From positions 1-64,000 of IMG/VR virus record IMGVR_UViG_3300021185_003284: a DNA stretch of 64,000 nucleotides; one strand, given 5' to 3'. Each line of letters starts with the position of its first letter. The stretch's first letter is position 1. The notes beneath the pieces were generated by a model that saw only the letters and a list, made by a program, of their open reading frames with translations, ran no database searches and was not told where the DNA came from. The position numbers and the translations under genes are program-made. Origin of the DNA: a virus. This document shows, one piece after another, positions 1 through 9,116 of the stretch.

Positions 1-1
1 A

Positions 2-103
2 GCTACAGAGTTACTTAACTCTAACAAAGAGTATAAAAGTGTTAAAACCTATGTAGATACATATAATAATATCACAGACAAGATTACTTCTATGATGAAG
101 TAA
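2..103 (+). CDS. 3' end of a gene truncated by the window edge
   Basis: Open frame from base 2 (ATELLNSNKEYKSVK...TSMMK) ending in TAA at 101-103. Confidence 0.6.
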   Translation, partial: ATELLNSNKEYKSVKTYVDTYNNITDKITSMMK

Positions 104-158
104 TTTTAACGTTAGCCTATACGTTTACAATACCTGGCAAATATTAAATTTAAATAAA

Positions 159-980
159 ATGGCAAAAAATGTTGTTGTTAGTCTAAGCGGAGGGATGGAC
201 TCCTCTACATTATTACTCAGATGTTTAAAAGAGTATGATCAAGTAACTGCTATATCGTTTGATTACGGTCAAAAGCATAGAGTAGAGCTTGAAAGAGCAC
301 AATCATTAGTAGATTATATTAATGAAACTTGTCCTTCAGATAATGAATGTTTTGGAGGTTGCAAGATTAACTATCAAGTTATTAAGTTAGACGGTTTAGT
401 AAATCTGTTAAATTCTAACCTTGTAGAAGGAGGAGAAGATGTACCGGAAGGTCATTACGAAGAAGATAACATGAAAGCTACTGTAGTACCTAATCGTAAT
501 AAAATTTTCGCTTCATTAGTTCAAGCTGTAGCTTTATCTGCTGCAAATGCGAATGGAAATGATACTGATATTGCTTTAGGAATACATGCAGGTGATCATG
601 CTATTTATCCAGACTGTAGACAAGAGTTTAGAGATGCAGACGATAATGCCTTTAGATTAGGTAACTGGGAAGCAGATAAGGTAGGGTATTTTACTCCTTA
701 CTTAGATACAGATAAATTAGGAATTTTACAAGATGGACAATTACTTATAGATGCATTGGAACTGGATTTTGTACAAGTATACAAGAGAACAAACACGTCT
801 TACAAACCTTACCCGTCCGGTAACTCAGACTACAAGTCTGCATCATCGGTGGAAAGAATTGAAGCGTTTATTGAGTTGGGTGTTGATGATCCCGTTCAGT
901 ATGAAGACGAAACTGGACCTGTGGATTACGCAATTGCGAAAGCACATGTTAAAAAATTATTAGCAGAGCATGAGCAATAA
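159..980 (+). CDS. queC: 7-cyano-7-deazaguanine synthase
   Basis: SLSGGMDS PP-loop, FDYGQKH, VVPNRN, GIHAGDHAIYPDCR motifs. Confidence 0.95.
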   Translation: MAKNVVVSLSGGMDSSTLLLRCLKEYDQVTAISFDYGQKHRVELERAQSLVDYINETCPSDNECFGGCKINYQVIKLDGLVNLLNSNLVEGGEDVPEGHYEEDNMKATVVPNRNKIFASLVQAVALSAANANGNDTDIALGIHAGDHAIYPDCRQEFRDADDNAFRLGNWEADKVGYFTPYLDTDKLGILQDGQLLIDALELDFVQVYKRTNTSYKPYPSGNSDYKSASSVERIEAFIELGVDDPVQYEDETGPVDYAIAKAHVKKLLAEHEQ

Positions 981-1116
981 CGATAACACAAGTACAGGAA
1001 ACCCACATACTAATAGTACTCGAAATGATTTTAATAGAAGAATTGAAAAGTATAAGATGTTGGGAGCGACAAAGAGAGTAGAGTGGGAGAACAGAAGAAG
1101 AAACCGCTCTATATAG
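970..1116 (+). CDS. small basic hypothetical protein (48 aa), not in ORF track
   Basis: ATG overlaps the queC 3' end; open to TAG just before the tRNA. Confidence 0.5.
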   Translation: MSNNDNTSTGNPHTNSTRNDFNRRIEKYKMLGATKRVEWENRRRNRSI

Positions 1117-1122
1117 TAGGTA

Positions 1123-1196
1123 GGGGGATTAGCTCAGCTGGCTAGAGCGCCTGCCTTGCACGCAGGAGGTCATCGGTTCGACTCCGATATTCTCCA
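1123..1196 (+). tRNA. tRNA-Ala(UGC)
   Basis: GGGGGAT/ATTCTCC acceptor stem with G3:U70, D arm AGCTCAGCTGGCTAGAGC, anticodon TGC, T arm GGTTCGACTCC; CCA not encoded. Confidence 0.97.
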
Positions 1197-1212
1197 CAAA
1201 CACTTCAGTAAT

Positions 1213-1887
1213 ATGAAATCAACGGCACATTTTTTCGGAGATAGTTTTACATGTGGTCACACTTTGTATAAAACCTCTAGTATTTGGCCTAGATTAATTG
1301 CTAAAGGATTAGATTTAAAGTATAAAAATTATGCTCAAGGAGGAGCAAGTCCACAGTTTATAATTAATCAAGTTATTAAAGCATTGCCGAATATTAAAGA
1401 AGGTGATAAAGTATTTTTACTAGAAACTGTACCGGATAGAATAGAGGTCTATAATGAATATAAGGATGAAATTGTTTCTGTTACGAATGGTAAATTAGTA
1501 GATGCACTTGAATTTGGAGTTCCTTTTGACAAAAATTATTTTAATAATCAAGATGAAATAAAAAGTATATTTAACTTTATATACGACCATAGATATAAGA
1601 AACTAAATCCTTTTGGTAAGTACTTTTCTAGTATATTCTCTGATTTCGGTATATTTTTTAAATCAATAAAAGTAGAATACATACATTTACCGTATAAGCT
1701 CTCTTTTGCTAATATTCAAAAAGGCGAAATGTTTGAAACTTCAAGAGTAGCATCTAATGGTAGTACTGCTGATGATCATTTTAGTATAAAAGGACATTGG
1801 CAATTTGCCAAATTTATCTCAAAGAATTACTTTAACAGTAGTATAAAACTCCCAGAGGAACCTAAAAGAGGATACAACATAATATGA
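1213..1887 (+). CDS. SGNH/GDSL hydrolase-like protein
   Basis: FGDSFT block I, NYAQGGAS block II, DDH block V; start moved to ATG 1213 because the 1156 start lies inside the tRNA. Confidence 0.75.
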   Translation: MKSTAHFFGDSFTCGHTLYKTSSIWPRLIAKGLDLKYKNYAQGGASPQFIINQVIKALPNIKEGDKVFLLETVPDRIEVYNEYKDEIVSVTNGKLVDALEFGVPFDKNYFNNQDEIKSIFNFIYDHRYKKLNPFGKYFSSIFSDFGIFFKSIKVEYIHLPYKLSFANIQKGEMFETSRVASNGSTADDHFSIKGHWQFAKFISKNYFNSSIKLPEEPKRGYNII

Positions 1888-3551
1888 TACAGTTAGGAAT
1901 ATCTGCTTTTTACCATGACTCAGCTGCTTGTTTAGTAGTAGACGGTAAAGTTATTGCAGCAGCAGAAGAAGAAAGATTTACCGGAATTAAGCATGACAGT
2001 TCATTTCCTTTTAATGCTATTAATTGGTGTTTAAGGTATACTAGAACAACTCTTAAAGCAGTAGATCAAGTCTGTTGGTATGAAAATCCTGAATTAAAAA
2101 AAGATAGAGTACTTACTACTTTTAATAAACATTTCTTTAAAACGTTATTGTTAAGGTATAGATATTTAAGAGATTATAAAAAATATAATCCTGAAACTAT
2201 TTTAAGAAGAGGTGGGTTTAAAGGTGAAATAGTATACACCGACCATCATACTTCTCATGCAGCTTTTAGCCTACATACAAGTCCCTATGAAAATCCTGCA
2301 ATACTAACAGTCGACGGAGTAGGTGAATGGGATACCACAGCAGTATATAGAAGTAGAAACGGCAAAGTACAGAAAATGCAATCTATTAAATATCCTAATT
2401 CTTTAGGATTAGTATACTCTACTATTACTGCGTATTTAGGGTTTAAACCTAATGAAGGAGAATATAAAATTATGGGATTAGCACCATACGGTAATCCAGA
2501 TGTATATTTAGGTAAGTTAATGAGTTTAGTAGAAAATACATCTAATCAGTTTAGATTAAATACTAAACCATTCTCTTGGGAATACTCTGATAAAGTAATG
2601 TTTAATAAAAACTTATTTAAGGCACTTGGCATACTTCCTAGATTTCCAGAAGAACCAGTTACTCAGGAACACAAAGATTTAGCAGCAGCTTTACAGAAAT
2701 GGTATGAATATCAATTTACTAAATTGCTGATAACTGCAAAAAATATGTCGAAGTCACCTAATTTATGTTTAGGAGGAGGATGTGCCTATAATGGAGTAGC
2801 AAATGCTTTAGCTTATAAATATTTTGACTCAGTACATATCCCTTTTTCTCCATCAGATGCAGGATCAGCTATAGGTGCATGTTTACACCACTATAAAGGA
2901 GAACGTAAGGATAATAGTAATCCGTATTTAGGACCAGACTATAAAGATATCGAAATACACAAGGCTATTAATGACTTTCAAGAAAAATGGCCTGATTTTA
3001 TAACTTCGTTTAGACTGTCTGATGATTTAATAGTTAAAAAAACTGCTGAGTTGCTTTCTAAACAGAAAATAGTAGCATGGTTTCAAGGTAGGATGGAATT
3101 TGGAGCAAGAGCATTAGGTAATAGGTCTATATTAGCAGCTCCTCAAGATCCTAAGATGAGAGAAAAATTAAATTATGTTATAAAGAAAAGAGAAGGGTTT
3201 AGACCTTTTGCTCCTTCTGTAAAAGCTGATGAAGCAAGTAAATATTTTGATCTAAAAGAAGAAGTTCCATATATGAACATAGTAGTTCAAGCTAAGACTA
3301 AAAGGATACCTTCAGCTGTTCATATTGACAATTCAGCAAGGGTACATACAGTAACACCAGAACAAAACGAACGTTACTATTTATTATTAGATGAAATTAA
3401 GAGGTTAACTGGATCTCCTATACTACTTAATACTTCGTTTAATTTAAAAGATCAAACTATAACAATGTCCCCAGAACAAGCTATATCAAGATTTATGAAA
3501 TCTAATATAGATTTTTTAGTTATCAATAATCATCTTATACAGAAATTATGA
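1884..3551 (+). CDS. carbamoyltransferase, NodU/CmcH family
   Basis: YHDSAA, EEERF, HH.SHA, DGVGE, GEYKIMGLAPYG, GRMEFGARALGNRSIL, NTSFN. Confidence 0.93.
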   Translation: MIQLGISAFYHDSAACLVVDGKVIAAAEEERFTGIKHDSSFPFNAINWCLRYTRTTLKAVDQVCWYENPELKKDRVLTTFNKHFFKTLLLRYRYLRDYKKYNPETILRRGGFKGEIVYTDHHTSHAAFSLHTSPYENPAILTVDGVGEWDTTAVYRSRNGKVQKMQSIKYPNSLGLVYSTITAYLGFKPNEGEYKIMGLAPYGNPDVYLGKLMSLVENTSNQFRLNTKPFSWEYSDKVMFNKNLFKALGILPRFPEEPVTQEHKDLAAALQKWYEYQFTKLLITAKNMSKSPNLCLGGGCAYNGVANALAYKYFDSVHIPFSPSDAGSAIGACLHHYKGERKDNSNPYLGPDYKDIEIHKAINDFQEKWPDFITSFRLSDDLIVKKTAELLSKQKIVAWFQGRMEFGARALGNRSILAAPQDPKMREKLNYVIKKREGFRPFAPSVKADEASKYFDLKEEVPYMNIVVQAKTKRIPSAVHIDNSARVHTVTPEQNERYYLLLDEIKRLTGSPILLNTSFNLKDQTITMSPEQAISRFMKSNIDFLVINNHLIQKL

Positions 3552-3661
3552 CAGACAAAGAAAAAAAAGAGAAGATTTTAAAAGAAAAGAAAGAAAAAGA
3601 ATTTCAAGAGAGGTTAAAGGAACTTAAAAAGAGAGACCCTTTTGTTTATAAGAATTTCTAG
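3548..3661 (+). CDS. small Lys/Glu-rich protein (37 aa), not in ORF track
   Basis: ATGA overlap with the carbamoyltransferase stop; ends LKKRDPFVYKNF. Confidence 0.55.
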   Translation: MTDKEKKEKILKEKKEKEFQERLKELKKRDPFVYKNF

Positions 3662-3664
3662 TAC

Positions 3665-3672
3665 TATTTATA
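3665..3672 (+). promoter_or_regulatory. TATTTAT(A/T) motif, putative late promoter (also 29734, 30350, 36830, 41028, 46144, 51692, 54839, 59613)
   Basis: Recurs in short intergenic gaps just upstream of gene starts, including structural and lysis genes. Confidence 0.55.
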
Positions 3673-3686
3673 AATAAACATAATTC

Positions 3687-5270
3687 ATGGCTACTTTAAC
3701 AGGAAATACAATAAAAGACACTTACTATAAGTTAGTGCAAGTTGACGATGGTCAATTAGTGCAGAATGGAATAGGTTCTCCACTCACAGGGTCAATAAAA
3801 CTTAGCGGTAGTTTGCATGTTACCGGTAGTCAAACAGTTGGAGGTGATTTAACAGTTACCGGTGATGTAAAAGCAAGAGCATTTATTACAGAATTAACTC
3901 AATCTACCGTATTATATAAGTCTGGTTCTACAGCTTTCGGGGATGATGCAACAGACACACATAGCTTTTCAGGATCAGTAACAATGCATAATTCTTTAGC
4001 ATTAGGAAACTATGCTAACGTATCAGCTTCATTAGATGCTGCAGAAGATGCTATTATTGCTAACTCACAATCAGCACATATTCATAGAGTAGCTTTAGAC
4101 ACAATATTAAGTGCTTCAGTAGATGCACATTTAGATGCCAATATTAGTGCTTTATCAGCTTCAACTGATAGTCATTTAGATTCTGAAATATCATTACTTT
4201 CAGCTTCAGCAGATACTCACTTAGACGCAAACATAACTGCTTTAAGTAGTTCAGCTCATTCTCAAAGAGTATCTGAAGATATAGTATTATCTGGTTCTGC
4301 ACACATACAGAGAGAAGCAATTAAAGGATTAGCATCAAGTGCTAATACAGCATTATCTACTTCTGCAGATGTAAGAAGAAACGAATTAAGTGGTTCAAGC
4401 GCAAGTGCTTTAAGAGCTGAATATATAGCAGCAGATAGTGCGTTAAGTGCATCACAAAACACCTACATTAATGCTAAAGTAGCAGCATTAGTAGATAGCT
4501 CACCAGGAACTTTAGATACGTTAAATGAATTAGCAGCAGCTTTAGGAGATGATGCAACATTTTCAGCTTCTATAGCAACTACTATAGGTACTAAATTACC
4601 TACAGCAACACATACAGCATTTTCATCTTCTAATGCATCAGCATTAAGAACAGAATTTTTAGCTGGTGACACTTCTTTGAGTTCTTCATTAAATACTAGA
4701 ATTGTTACTTTAGAAAGTGCAGAAACAACTGCTACAATATCAGCTTCAGCTCATACACAAAGAACAGCAATCTCAGGAGCATTAGATACAGCAATAGACA
4801 GTGTGATTTCATCAAACGTTTCTCATTCAGGAGGAATAGTAGACTTACCAGGTAAAAAGATACAATTTTCTAATGTTTATGCTACAGAAGGAGATCTACC
4901 AACTGCAGCTGACTACCATGGAATGTTCGCACATGTACATGCTACTGGATTAGGGTATTTTGCTCACGGAGGTAATTGGATAAAATTAGCTAATTCTGGT
5001 TCTGAAGCATCTGCAATAAGAACAGAATATATAGCAGCAGATAGTGCGTTAAGTAGTTCAGCAGCAACTGCATTAAGAAGTGAATATGTAGCAGGAGATA
5101 CAGCCTTATCTAGCTCAGCTCATACACAAAGAACAGCATTAAGTGCGAGCTCAGCAACAGTAATTCAAACATCAGCAAGTATTGCATCAGACTATATTAG
5201 TATAGAAAAGCTTAAAACATTTATTACAGGTTCATACGCAGAATTTCAAGCAGCTATAGGATCACTATAA
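3687..5270 (+). CDS. Ser/Ala-rich tail fibre-like structural protein
   Basis: LVDSSPGTLDTLNELAAALGDD fibre motif; internal ALRxEYxAxDxALS repeats. Confidence 0.7.
   Translation: MATLTGNTIKDTYYKLVQVDDGQLVQNGIGSPLTGSIKLSGSLHVTGSQTVGGDLTVTGDVKARAFITELTQSTVLYKSGSTAFGDDATDTHSFSGSVTMHNSLALGNYANVSASLDAAEDAIIANSQSAHIHRVALDTILSASVDAHLDANISALSASTDSHLDSEISLLSASADTHLDANITALSSSAHSQRVSEDIVLSGSAHIQREAIKGLASSANTALSTSADVRRNELSGSSASALRAEYIAADSALSASQNTYINAKVAALVDSSPGTLDTLNELAAALGDDATFSASIATTIGTKLPTATHTAFSSSNASALRTEFLAGDTSLSSSLNTRIVTLESAETTATISASAHTQRTAISGALDTAIDSVISSNVSHSGGIVDLPGKKIQFSNVYATEGDLPTAADYHGMFAHVHATGLGYFAHGGNWIKLANSGSEASAIRTEYIAADSALSSSAATALRSEYVAGDTALSSSAHTQRTALSASSATVIQTSASIASDYISIEKLKTFITGSYAEFQAAIGSL
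4419..5054 (+). repeat. identical 30-bp direct repeat inside the fibre gene (4419-4448 and 5025-5054)
   Basis: GAATATATAGCAGCAGATAGTGCGTTAAGT occurs twice; TCAGCTCATACACAAAGAACAGCA also twice (~4746, ~5115). Confidence 0.85.
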
Positions 5271-5281
5271 AATAAATTTAT

Positions 5282-6889
5282 ATGCCAGAATTTAATGAGA
5301 GAGAATATAATATTATCCTTCATAAAGAAGTAGACTATGATTTATTTTGGGAAGATCTAAAAGAAATTACAGAAAAAGATAATGTACCTAATAGGCAAGT
5401 GGAAATAGCCAATCCGAGATTAGGTAGTTATCGCCAAACACACTACTGGTTGACAGAAGCTGAAAAAGATGACCTCTTAGAACATCCTAGTGTTTTAGAT
5501 ATTGAAATACCACCTGAACAGAGAAATGATATAGTAAAAGAACACGGAGCTATAATTAGCGGATCGTATAATAGAAGCCCTTCATTATCTTCAGGAGATA
5601 AAAACTGGGGACTATTAAGATGCAATACTAAAGATAATACCTATAACGGTAATGAAATTATAGATGAAACTTATAATTATACTTTAGATGGAAAAGGAGT
5701 AGACGTAGTTATTGTTGATTCCGGAGTACAAACTGATCATCCAGAATGGGAAGATCAGCATGGAGTATCCAGGTATACATTTATAGATTGGGGTTCTATT
5801 CATACAGGATTTACTCAAAATGCTAACCATGAAAGAGATAATGATGGTCACGGTACTCATTGTGCAGGTATAGCAGCAGGAAAAACCTTTGGATGGGCTA
5901 AGAATGCAAAAATATACTCCTTAAAAATAAGAGGTTTAGAAGGCTCTGGTGACGGTGCTACTGGAATAGATGATAGTTATGCATTAGATGCAATTAAATT
6001 ATTCCACAGACAAAAGGCTATTGACCCTGCTACCGGGTATAAAAGACCGACAGTAGTCAATATGTCTTGGGGGTATTCTGCAAAATTTACAGGAGGCTCT
6101 ACAGCATACGCAGTAAATTATAGAGGAACGTCATATAGTTCTACCGTCATACAAAACTCCTTTGGAGGAGAACTTAAAGCGTTTGGGCTAAACGAATTTG
6201 CGCCTAGTATAGGTTTGTTAGGCACATGGAAACACCCAGTAAGAATAACTTCTGTAGATACCGATATTGAAGAAATGGTAGAAGAAGGCATCCACGTAAT
6301 AATTGCTTCAGGAAATAGTAATCATAAGATAGATGTACCTTCAGGAGCTGATTATAATAATCAAGCATTGATTAAAAATACTCAATGGAGATATTATTCT
6401 AGAGGTTCATCACCTTATTCTGATAAAGCTTTTATGGTTGGATGTATTGATGAAGATCAAGTACAATCTGGAAGTAACTACATAGATAAAAGAGCTTCTT
6501 TTTCAAATCACGGACCTGGAGTAAACATTTATGCACCCGGTTCACGTATACTTTCATCAGTAAGTAATACCTCAGGATACGCAAGAGGTTCTTATACTCA
6601 TAACGGTGCGTATTGGGAATCTATATTAAATGGTACATCAATGGCAGCTCCACAAGTATGCGGTGTAGTAGCTCTATATGCACAGTCATCCCCAGGATTA
6701 ACACCAGCTAAAATGCAAGAAGTAGTCTTTGCAAATGCTAGTGAAGTAATTTATAATCCTACAGAACATTTATCCGGTAGTTACTCACTACAGGCTGATT
6801 CAGTTAAAATGTTACATAATAAGTACGGTCAAAATTCACCATTAACATTCTCTGGGAGTTTTACTGCTACTACAAACTTAGACTTTTAA
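5282..6889 (+). CDS. subtilisin-like serine protease (S8)
   Basis: Catalytic triad motifs VDSG, HGTHCAG, GTSMAAP. Confidence 0.93.
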   Translation: MPEFNEREYNIILHKEVDYDLFWEDLKEITEKDNVPNRQVEIANPRLGSYRQTHYWLTEAEKDDLLEHPSVLDIEIPPEQRNDIVKEHGAIISGSYNRSPSLSSGDKNWGLLRCNTKDNTYNGNEIIDETYNYTLDGKGVDVVIVDSGVQTDHPEWEDQHGVSRYTFIDWGSIHTGFTQNANHERDNDGHGTHCAGIAAGKTFGWAKNAKIYSLKIRGLEGSGDGATGIDDSYALDAIKLFHRQKAIDPATGYKRPTVVNMSWGYSAKFTGGSTAYAVNYRGTSYSSTVIQNSFGGELKAFGLNEFAPSIGLLGTWKHPVRITSVDTDIEEMVEEGIHVIIASGNSNHKIDVPSGADYNNQALIKNTQWRYYSRGSSPYSDKAFMVGCIDEDQVQSGSNYIDKRASFSNHGPGVNIYAPGSRILSSVSNTSGYARGSYTHNGAYWESILNGTSMAAPQVCGVVALYAQSSPGLTPAKMQEVVFANASEVIYNPTEHLSGSYSLQADSVKMLHNKYGQNSPLTFSGSFTATTNLDF

Positions 6890-7521
6890 TGTTATCTATA
6901 CAGATTCCAACAACTGTTTCTCGTTCTCATGTTTTTAATCCTCTATTAGCTGAGCTAAAAAGACAAGCAGAACCTTTTGGCGATAAAGTAGAAATAATAT
7001 ACCTTTCAGATCAAAAAGAAATGCCTTTAGGTAAGAAAAGAAGACTTCTTTATGAAATGTCTACTATGCCTTACAGCGTACAGTGGGATGATGATGATTG
7101 GATTCACCCTTTAGGTATACATCATATAATGAAAGAATTAGAATTCCAACCAGACTCTGTATCGTATAGAATGGTACAAGAATTTGATGGAAAACCTAAC
7201 GAAAGTATCCCCGGCAAAATGTTAGTATGTGATTTTAGAAAGAGGTACGCGGAAAGATGGGAGAATATGTACGGTTTCGATATAGTAGCACCTACAGACT
7301 GCAAATGTGTTATTAAAACAGATATAGCAAAAGAAGCATGGAAAGAAATACCAGATAATACAAGATATGGTGAAGATGGAATGCTAGGTAGAATACTATA
7401 TAAGAGGAGGCTATTAAAGGTTGAGAGATATATAGATAAACATATTTATTGGTATTTAAATCTTACCGGAGATGCATTTGGATTTTGGAGGTATGGGTTA
7501 GAAGAAAATTATATAATCTAG
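6889..7521 (+). CDS. glycosyltransferase family 2-like
   Basis: SIQIPT start, WDDDD DxD motif, YGED. Confidence 0.75.
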   Translation: MLSIQIPTTVSRSHVFNPLLAELKRQAEPFGDKVEIIYLSDQKEMPLGKKRRLLYEMSTMPYSVQWDDDDWIHPLGIHHIMKELEFQPDSVSYRMVQEFDGKPNESIPGKMLVCDFRKRYAERWENMYGFDIVAPTDCKCVIKTDIAKEAWKEIPDNTRYGEDGMLGRILYKRRLLKVERYIDKHIYWYLNLTGDAFGFWRYGLEENYII

Positions 7522-7550
7522 TTGGAAATTAGAAATAACTTTCTTATATT
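7522..7550 (+). promoter_or_regulatory. Bacteroidota-type sigma70 promoter TTG-N20-TATMTT (one of 17 copies)
   Basis: Same 20-nt spacer at 7522, 9872, 13027(TAG), 16357, 20420, 21000, 24241, 24444, 29174, 37612, 39436(TAG), 46597, 53753, 55596, 56626, 57444, 58380. Confidence 0.8.
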
Positions 7551-7568
7551 ATAGTATAATTAGACGAC

Positions 7569-7596
7569 AGTGTCACAGCACCACTTAAAAAACACG
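7569..7596 (+). promoter_or_regulatory. preQ1-I riboswitch-like aptamer
   Basis: AGTG-TCACAGCAC-CACT-TAAAAAA-CACG between a promoter and the operon containing queD/queE. Confidence 0.65.
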
Positions 7597-7599
7597 AAA

Positions 7600-7872
7600 A
7601 TGATGGACTTAAAGGAAGTCGAGAATGATCTCTATGATGTAGAGTCTCGCAGAATGACGGAAGAGCAATACTTAGCGAACCGTATACATCAAAACAAAAT
7701 TACATCTGATGAATCGATTAACTACCCTGATGCAAAGAAGCACCAGATTGTATCGTTTATTAAATCCGGTATTAGAATACTAGGATACTGTTTTATACCA
7801 TTTAATTTGGTAACCTCAGCTATTCTTCTTATATTATCTGAAATAGTAGGTATAATAGAAGAATTAGTATAA
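7600..7872 (+). CDS. small membrane protein
   Basis: Hydrophobic C-terminus; ATG 7600 preferred over GTG 7570, which lies inside the aptamer. Confidence 0.7.
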   Translation: MMDLKEVENDLYDVESRRMTEEQYLANRIHQNKITSDESINYPDAKKHQIVSFIKSGIRILGYCFIPFNLVTSAILLILSEIVGIIEELV

Positions 7873-7882
7873 AAAATAAGTT

Positions 7883-8350
7883 ATGGCAAAATATCAATCA
7901 ACAAAAGTATTCGATGGATTTAGTACCGTCTTTCGTCAATGGAAAGCCGAAACAACTCACTGTAGATTTCTTCACGGTTATGGAGTATCATTTAAACTCT
8001 GGTTTGAAGGAGAATTAGATAATCGTAATTGGGTCTGGGACTTTGGAGGAATGAAAAGAGCTAAAACCTTAATTGACGGAAAATCACCTAAAGCATGGAT
8101 GGATTATATGTTTGATCATACATACTTGATAGCAGAAGACGATCCATTTTTACCTGAAGCATTAAAGCTAGATGAGAAGGGTATAGCACAGGTTAGAGTA
8201 GTACCTGCTACAGGAGCAGAGAAGTTCTCACAATATATATACGAAAAGCTAGCTCCGTTCATAGAGACGGAAACTGAAGGTAGAGTAAAAGTTATAAAAG
8301 TAGAATTTAGAGAACACGGTAAAAACTCAGCACTATATGTCCCTAGGTAG
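7883..8350 (+). CDS. queD: 6-carboxytetrahydropterin synthase
   Basis: CRFLHGY, WVWDFG, FDH, TGAE motifs; que cluster context. Confidence 0.92.
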   Translation: MAKYQSTKVFDGFSTVFRQWKAETTHCRFLHGYGVSFKLWFEGELDNRNWVWDFGGMKRAKTLIDGKSPKAWMDYMFDHTYLIAEDDPFLPEALKLDEKGIAQVRVVPATGAEKFSQYIYEKLAPFIETETEGRVKVIKVEFREHGKNSALYVPR

Positions 8351-9116
8351 AATAGAAGATTATGATAAAAACTTACCGATTGTAGAAATATATACTGCAG
8401 TCCAATCAGAAGGCTCAAGAGCAGGATACCCAACGGTAGTAATTAGGACTACAGGATGTACTCACAGATGTTATTTTGGTGAAGGCGGTTGGTGTGATTC
8501 TTGGTATACAAGTATTCATCCAGAAAAAGGTCAATATTCGTTTAACGATATTATAGAAATGTACGATAAGAATCCTCAAATATCAGAAATGATGTTAACT
8601 GGAGGTTCACCTACTATGCATAAAAAACTTGTAAACGAATTAACACACTTTGCTAATGAAAGAAATATCTTTATTACTATCGAGACTGAAGGAAGCCATT
8701 TTCTACCCACTGATTATCCTATTAATTTGCTTTCTATTAGTCCTAAGTTCTCCAATAGTGTTCCTGTACTGGGAGTATCTACGCCTCAAGGAGCGACTAC
8801 AGACGAAAGAATGATTAAACAACATAATAAATTTAGATTAAAATACGATACTATAAAACAGAGTATGGACTATCATTCTGATTACCATATTAAACCTGTT
8901 TGGGACGGTAAAGATAATAATGCTCTAAATGAAATTATGGAATGTATTGAAACACTAAATGCTCCAAAAGATAAAGTATGGTTTATGCCTGCTGGAGATA
9001 GTAGAGAAGCTTTATATAAATCTTACCCTATATTATTTGATTGGGTTAGAGATAATGGTTATAGAATGACCTGGAGACCTCATATTATTGCATTTGAAGA
9101 TCAAAGAGAAGTCTAA
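8337..9116 (+). CDS. queE: 7-carboxy-7-deazaguanine synthase (radical SAM)
   Basis: QSEG...IRTTGC...C...WCDS, TGGSP, IETEG, SISPK. Confidence 0.92.
   Translation: MSLGRIEDYDKNLPIVEIYTAVQSEGSRAGYPTVVIRTTGCTHRCYFGEGGWCDSWYTSIHPEKGQYSFNDIIEMYDKNPQISEMMLTGGSPTMHKKLVNELTHFANERNIFITIETEGSHFLPTDYPINLLSISPKFSNSVPVLGVSTPQGATTDERMIKQHNKFRLKYDTIKQSMDYHSDYHIKPVWDGKDNNALNEIMECIETLNAPKDKVWFMPAGDSREALYKSYPILFDWVRDNGYRMTWRPHIIAFEDQREV

Noticed and set aside
1156-1212. ORF-track N-terminal extension of the SGNH protein
   Set aside because: Overlaps the tRNA-Ala; ATG 1213 fits the domain start
4419-5138. Diversity-generating retroelement TR/VR pair
   Set aside because: Repeats are short and identical rather than adenine-variable, and no reverse transcriptase is in the window
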